NCBI GenBank assembly: GCA_001687465.1
Contig: LVLI01000341.1
Coordinates: 107,928 to 127,927, forward strand
Source: Halocafeteria seosinensis
Taxonomy: Eukaryota
Direction of reading: 5' to 3'
DNA: 20,000 bases
Shown one piece after another: positions 18,801 to 20,000 of the stretch. The notes beneath the pieces are model-generated. The model worked only from the letters and a program-made list of their open reading frames with translations, searched no databases and was not told where the DNA came from. A program made the position numbers and the translations under genes. Numbering within the stretch: the stretch's first letter is position 1; each line of letters opens with the position of its first letter.

Positions 18801-20000
18801 AACTTGCTTGGGCATTCATCTTCGCTCCAAGGGGAGCGACAAGGCCTTTCAAAGTACTGCGCAATTTCGTCTACCTCGGGAAGTCCTGAGATTACTGAAG
18901 TTTCTTCATCGTCTTCCGGAGAGTCTCTATCCACTTTGTTATCATTGCGCGCTGCAGTTTCGGAAGCGTCTTCTTCCTCAGGAAAATCCGGCGGAAACTG
19001 GTTCGCGAGTCCTTCTTGGGGATTCCAACTACACTCACGAGTTTCATCAGTACAAGGGGCATTCTTTGCGGAGGAGTCATCAGCGTCATTAAAAGGTGAA
19101 TCAGACTTTTCTAAAAGACCACCAGCGGCACAATCATTCGCTGACTGGATATCCTCCGGTATATTGTATTTATCCATTGAACTAGGCGGACCGTCCTCAT
19201 TGTGTACAGGACTGTTCTCGTCTTCCAAGGGATGCGTCTCATCACCAGATTCACGTTGAGGCATGCAGTGATCTTTTTCTACAATCTCATTTTCATCAAC
19301 TGGTTGACGATCTTCAGGTAATCCTCGGTCATCCGATGTTACTTGTGTCGGAATTGTGTCAGCAATCTCATCTTCGGTCTGATCATTCTCAACTGCAGGA
19401 AGAGGCACAGCAGGCTGGTCCCCCAAGAAACTCTCCTCCTCCTTAGGCTGACTATTCTTCGGTGTACTGCGCACATTATCATCATCATCCCTAACGGATC
19501 CATCTTCCAATGGTTCTTCGCGTGTATCCTCTTCTTCAAGGGGGGCTGGCGCCCCATCTAGTTGTGCCCAATCAGTTGGTTTCCTGTCGTCCTGCGTATC
19601 AGGACCATCGAAAGACTCTCTACGAGGTTGTTGTACGAGCGTGCCACCACCAGGAATTTCTTCCTCCTCCGTTGGATGTGTCCTATCATCCTTCTCAGTG
19701 GGAACAGGGGAACTACGTTGACCCTCCTCATTCACTGCAGGACTCTCCTCGTCTTCTACAGGCTGTGTCGTGTGTGGACTATCTCGAAGGTCTTCAGGGA
19801 CTCCTTGATCAACCTCTTGCCATTCAGGCGACTTATCCACATCGTCCCCTTCCCTACCAGGAACATCCGAAAATGGTTGTGTCGAACCTCTGTCAGGAGT
19901 TTCATCTTCAGTCTGAGGAACACTCTCAGGAAGAGTCTCTTCAACCGGAGGAACAGATGAAGCAGGATGATCTTCCAGAGGGCTCTCCTCTTCTCTAGGC
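12815..20000 (-). CDS. Giant acidic, probably disordered repeat protein (>2390 aa visible, 5'-partial); function unknown
   Basis: Uninterrupted ORF of more than 7.1 kb. The frame stays stop-free from the GTG called at 19840 to the window end, so the true start lies outside. D/E/S/P-rich with recurring PxFA motifs and a basic C-terminal region. Confidence 0.85.
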   Translation of the reverse strand, partial: PREEESPLEDHPASSVPPVEETLPESVPQTEDETPDRGSTQPFSDVPGREGDDVDKSPEWQEVDQGVPEDLRDSPHTTQPVEDEESPAVNEEGQRSSPVPTEKDDRTHPTEEEEIPGGGTLVQQPRRESFDGPDTQDDRKPTDWAQLDGAPAPLEEEDTREEPLEDGSVRDDDDNVRSTPKNSQPKEEESFLGDQPAVPLPAVENDQTEDEIADTIPTQVTSDDRGLPEDRQPVDENEIVEKDHCMPQRESGDETHPLEDENSPVHNEDGPPSSMDKYNIPEDIQSANDCAAGGLLEKSDSPFNDADDSSAKNAPCTDETRECSWNPQEGLANQFPPDFPEEEDASETAARNDNKVDRDSPEDDEETSVISGLPEVDEIAQYFERPCRSPWSEDECPSKLQVDEEQGDIDAESQDDADDTETPRFASSCSEQLPSDEKLERSESNSALNHPSEQQSGTEYKNFPSGDKSGLQPAVGAVEEDWEEDTSEVSPKFARGPTPPDDIGAEGHDNYDYNSMPEGKDSRGRKSVWSPEEAPWGEMSEHRPAASVSGEKPALKAVGDAGVDADLRSSEGDSEEETDIPCFAAFSVDEDSGEEVNELEQPKFAPVYAEDGSPAKPISDVGDQMAGPETQIGNGRVESEHGKDTDTPGKLINDASLPSVEEETRPFVAESSNEPKNDEIDDGIPSDSKEERGEEYDSDGDAEDSRVPRFAPISTQVEEEHEDSDTVKGTHPNERPHVDSPGKETPGGKAGNRPHELADWERGTMEFVRPNTSSISEDDHDSTSDHHDEFVPRFATVEPEEDTASDDANGSDIASFAPVQSEATSDDEGVARKQVMPQEVGVAETGQMQGSEPEQSNEADGVKEEARVPGDEQGQGIHDHNEIDCDGTVPTALLHNNSSASRVPYDNDSEEDVEEECTPSFAPVEPTNLVRDATPHEQEEDESSGEMDVDTIPQFASVLTDRTPHSNGKETDDTFARQRSASRPSEAVLDHVEEDSFDDWEDSGDAPNFASVCAPEEEHERPPSQPENRGALNDPPKNQALLDNESFRAQAESGDDSEVDAKDSGALRPTPSYSNLATERPSSVVDDGGSKEDDDMNHLVESTGGLPPASNNNDDETHAPYDYGDLGTDTSRNREPESNMAGPDAAATLSLDDTDEDSQGDEEAYTPRFAHVYADSASSDEEGVFDASEPSTAKAGQDASNVAKPYGAGGTPTSFNARAEHIRPADDVGKLANMESDSAGDDNSESYSDFGTPERDTPRFAPVDAEPVDGNNEKSLHPEAAEASPLSQLDDTKGMGENSAQDSPLNGTEHIQSAEETPHLPLAGKGRGSSAGEDDGRESDSDADIEEQETPTFAHVYTDSLPNEDKTTYSGSEESSIDGETDSENKEEAAYAPDADEFLYDDDGENHRPVSFEENHTSPSDDKKKTVDQGPHAVATETGRGSNMGSESVGNHDDVERESDSGVDVDEEDAPRFAPMYADESLNEEDDENQGPAAPFEENHTSPSDDKKKTVDQGPHAVATETGRGSNMGSESVGNHDDVERESDSGVDVDEENVPRFAPMYADESLNEEDDENQGPAAPFEENHTSPSDDKKKTVDQGPHAVATETGRGSNMGSESVGNHDDVERESDSGVDVDEEDVPRFAPMYADESFNEKDDENQGPAAAFEENHTSPSDDKKKTVGQGPHAVATETGRGSNMGSESVGNHDDVERESDSGVDVDEEDAPRFAPMYADESLNEKVDESHAPSSFEGYDKNLNDEGDNVEDSFQNVAPVSEEDNEVVRSKTNDEGIPAAETGRASSTGSDSVTDIERESESDVNSEEEAAPRFASLLLDESPNEESYERTPFEEVDASHLDDAKNVEDVSGRNSAPIAEDENKVERLQSTDDSPDIFATETRNDLGGNCNSVVDDDIERGSKLDEQEAPKFPTREEEGGYYGPTPSEGTGASQLEEDSGIGEEIPQNYVPKDKDENAVERLKEMDETPHVFASESSSVDEPGRNDEVTDDGEAATEMQDAAKLNQQAAEGSDDDFQPGEAGNQTRLLADSPLVHYVADLKEPIPGKAESLAEEHVSQPDAQVPEATPKDNVVQNSSGNSVVDGSGVEDELNHERASGAGAEDEFHTITLDAFGDCIHESIDPDDRPIITLDAIGSCVDDSIPPNSALRRKFVTETRRIDDERNSSSIQQERIRNVRERTVERSTEGPARPNDLPGRRRQFSHEGRTLREGRPTASTSVRSASNQQELTHTEEEQKYNGLIRQSDEMLQWYNSESTSISSEEGRRGQRMNTPVDLSYYRGWAVKSTPRLDEASRRQTVEAWEGSKHDTGSALRKPVDLSPYRDWAIRSTPHLDEAYRRQQAEKLEKQRKDGLNFKPRKPVDLARFRKTRSGASPRVVNFVRGK
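14779..15768. repeat. Coding tandem repeat, 252-bp (84-aa) unit, about 3.9 near-identical copies
   Basis: The sequence recurs at an exact 252-bp period (e.g. 14818/15070/15322/15574). On the - strand the unit encodes FEENHTSPSDDKKKTVDQGPHAVATETGRGSNMGSESVGNHDDVERESDSGVDVDEEDAPRFAPMYADESLNEEDDENQGPAAP. Confidence 0.97.

Noticed and set aside
19838..19840. GTG as start of the giant protein
   Set aside because: The frame is open to the window end, so the real start or splice acceptor lies outside.

Overview
Gene-dense eukaryotic (protist-like) genomic DNA with short GT-AG introns of about 63-86 bp. Left to right it contains: exosome subunit RRP4/EXOSC2 (-, runs off the left edge); mitochondrial ribosomal protein mS29/DAP3 (+, 4 exons, head-to-head with RRP4); a ~1400-aa kinesin-like protein (-) with degenerate ATPase switch motifs; a single-exon secreted purple acid phosphatase (+); a frameshifted 3' relic of an RLE-type non-LTR retrotransposon (-); an Erv1/ALR sulfhydryl oxidase (+, 3 exons); and the last >7.1 kb of a very large acidic, repeat-rich protein (-, runs off the right edge) with about 3.9 copies of a 252-bp repeat. 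The most striking observation is that the atypical kinesin and the giant acidic protein both end in copies of the same short motif, (V/L)DLSxYRxWxxxxxPxL(D/E). I do not recognise this motif. It suggests the two genes are paralogues or partners in one cytoskeletal system. All calls come from reading motifs by eye; no searches were run.
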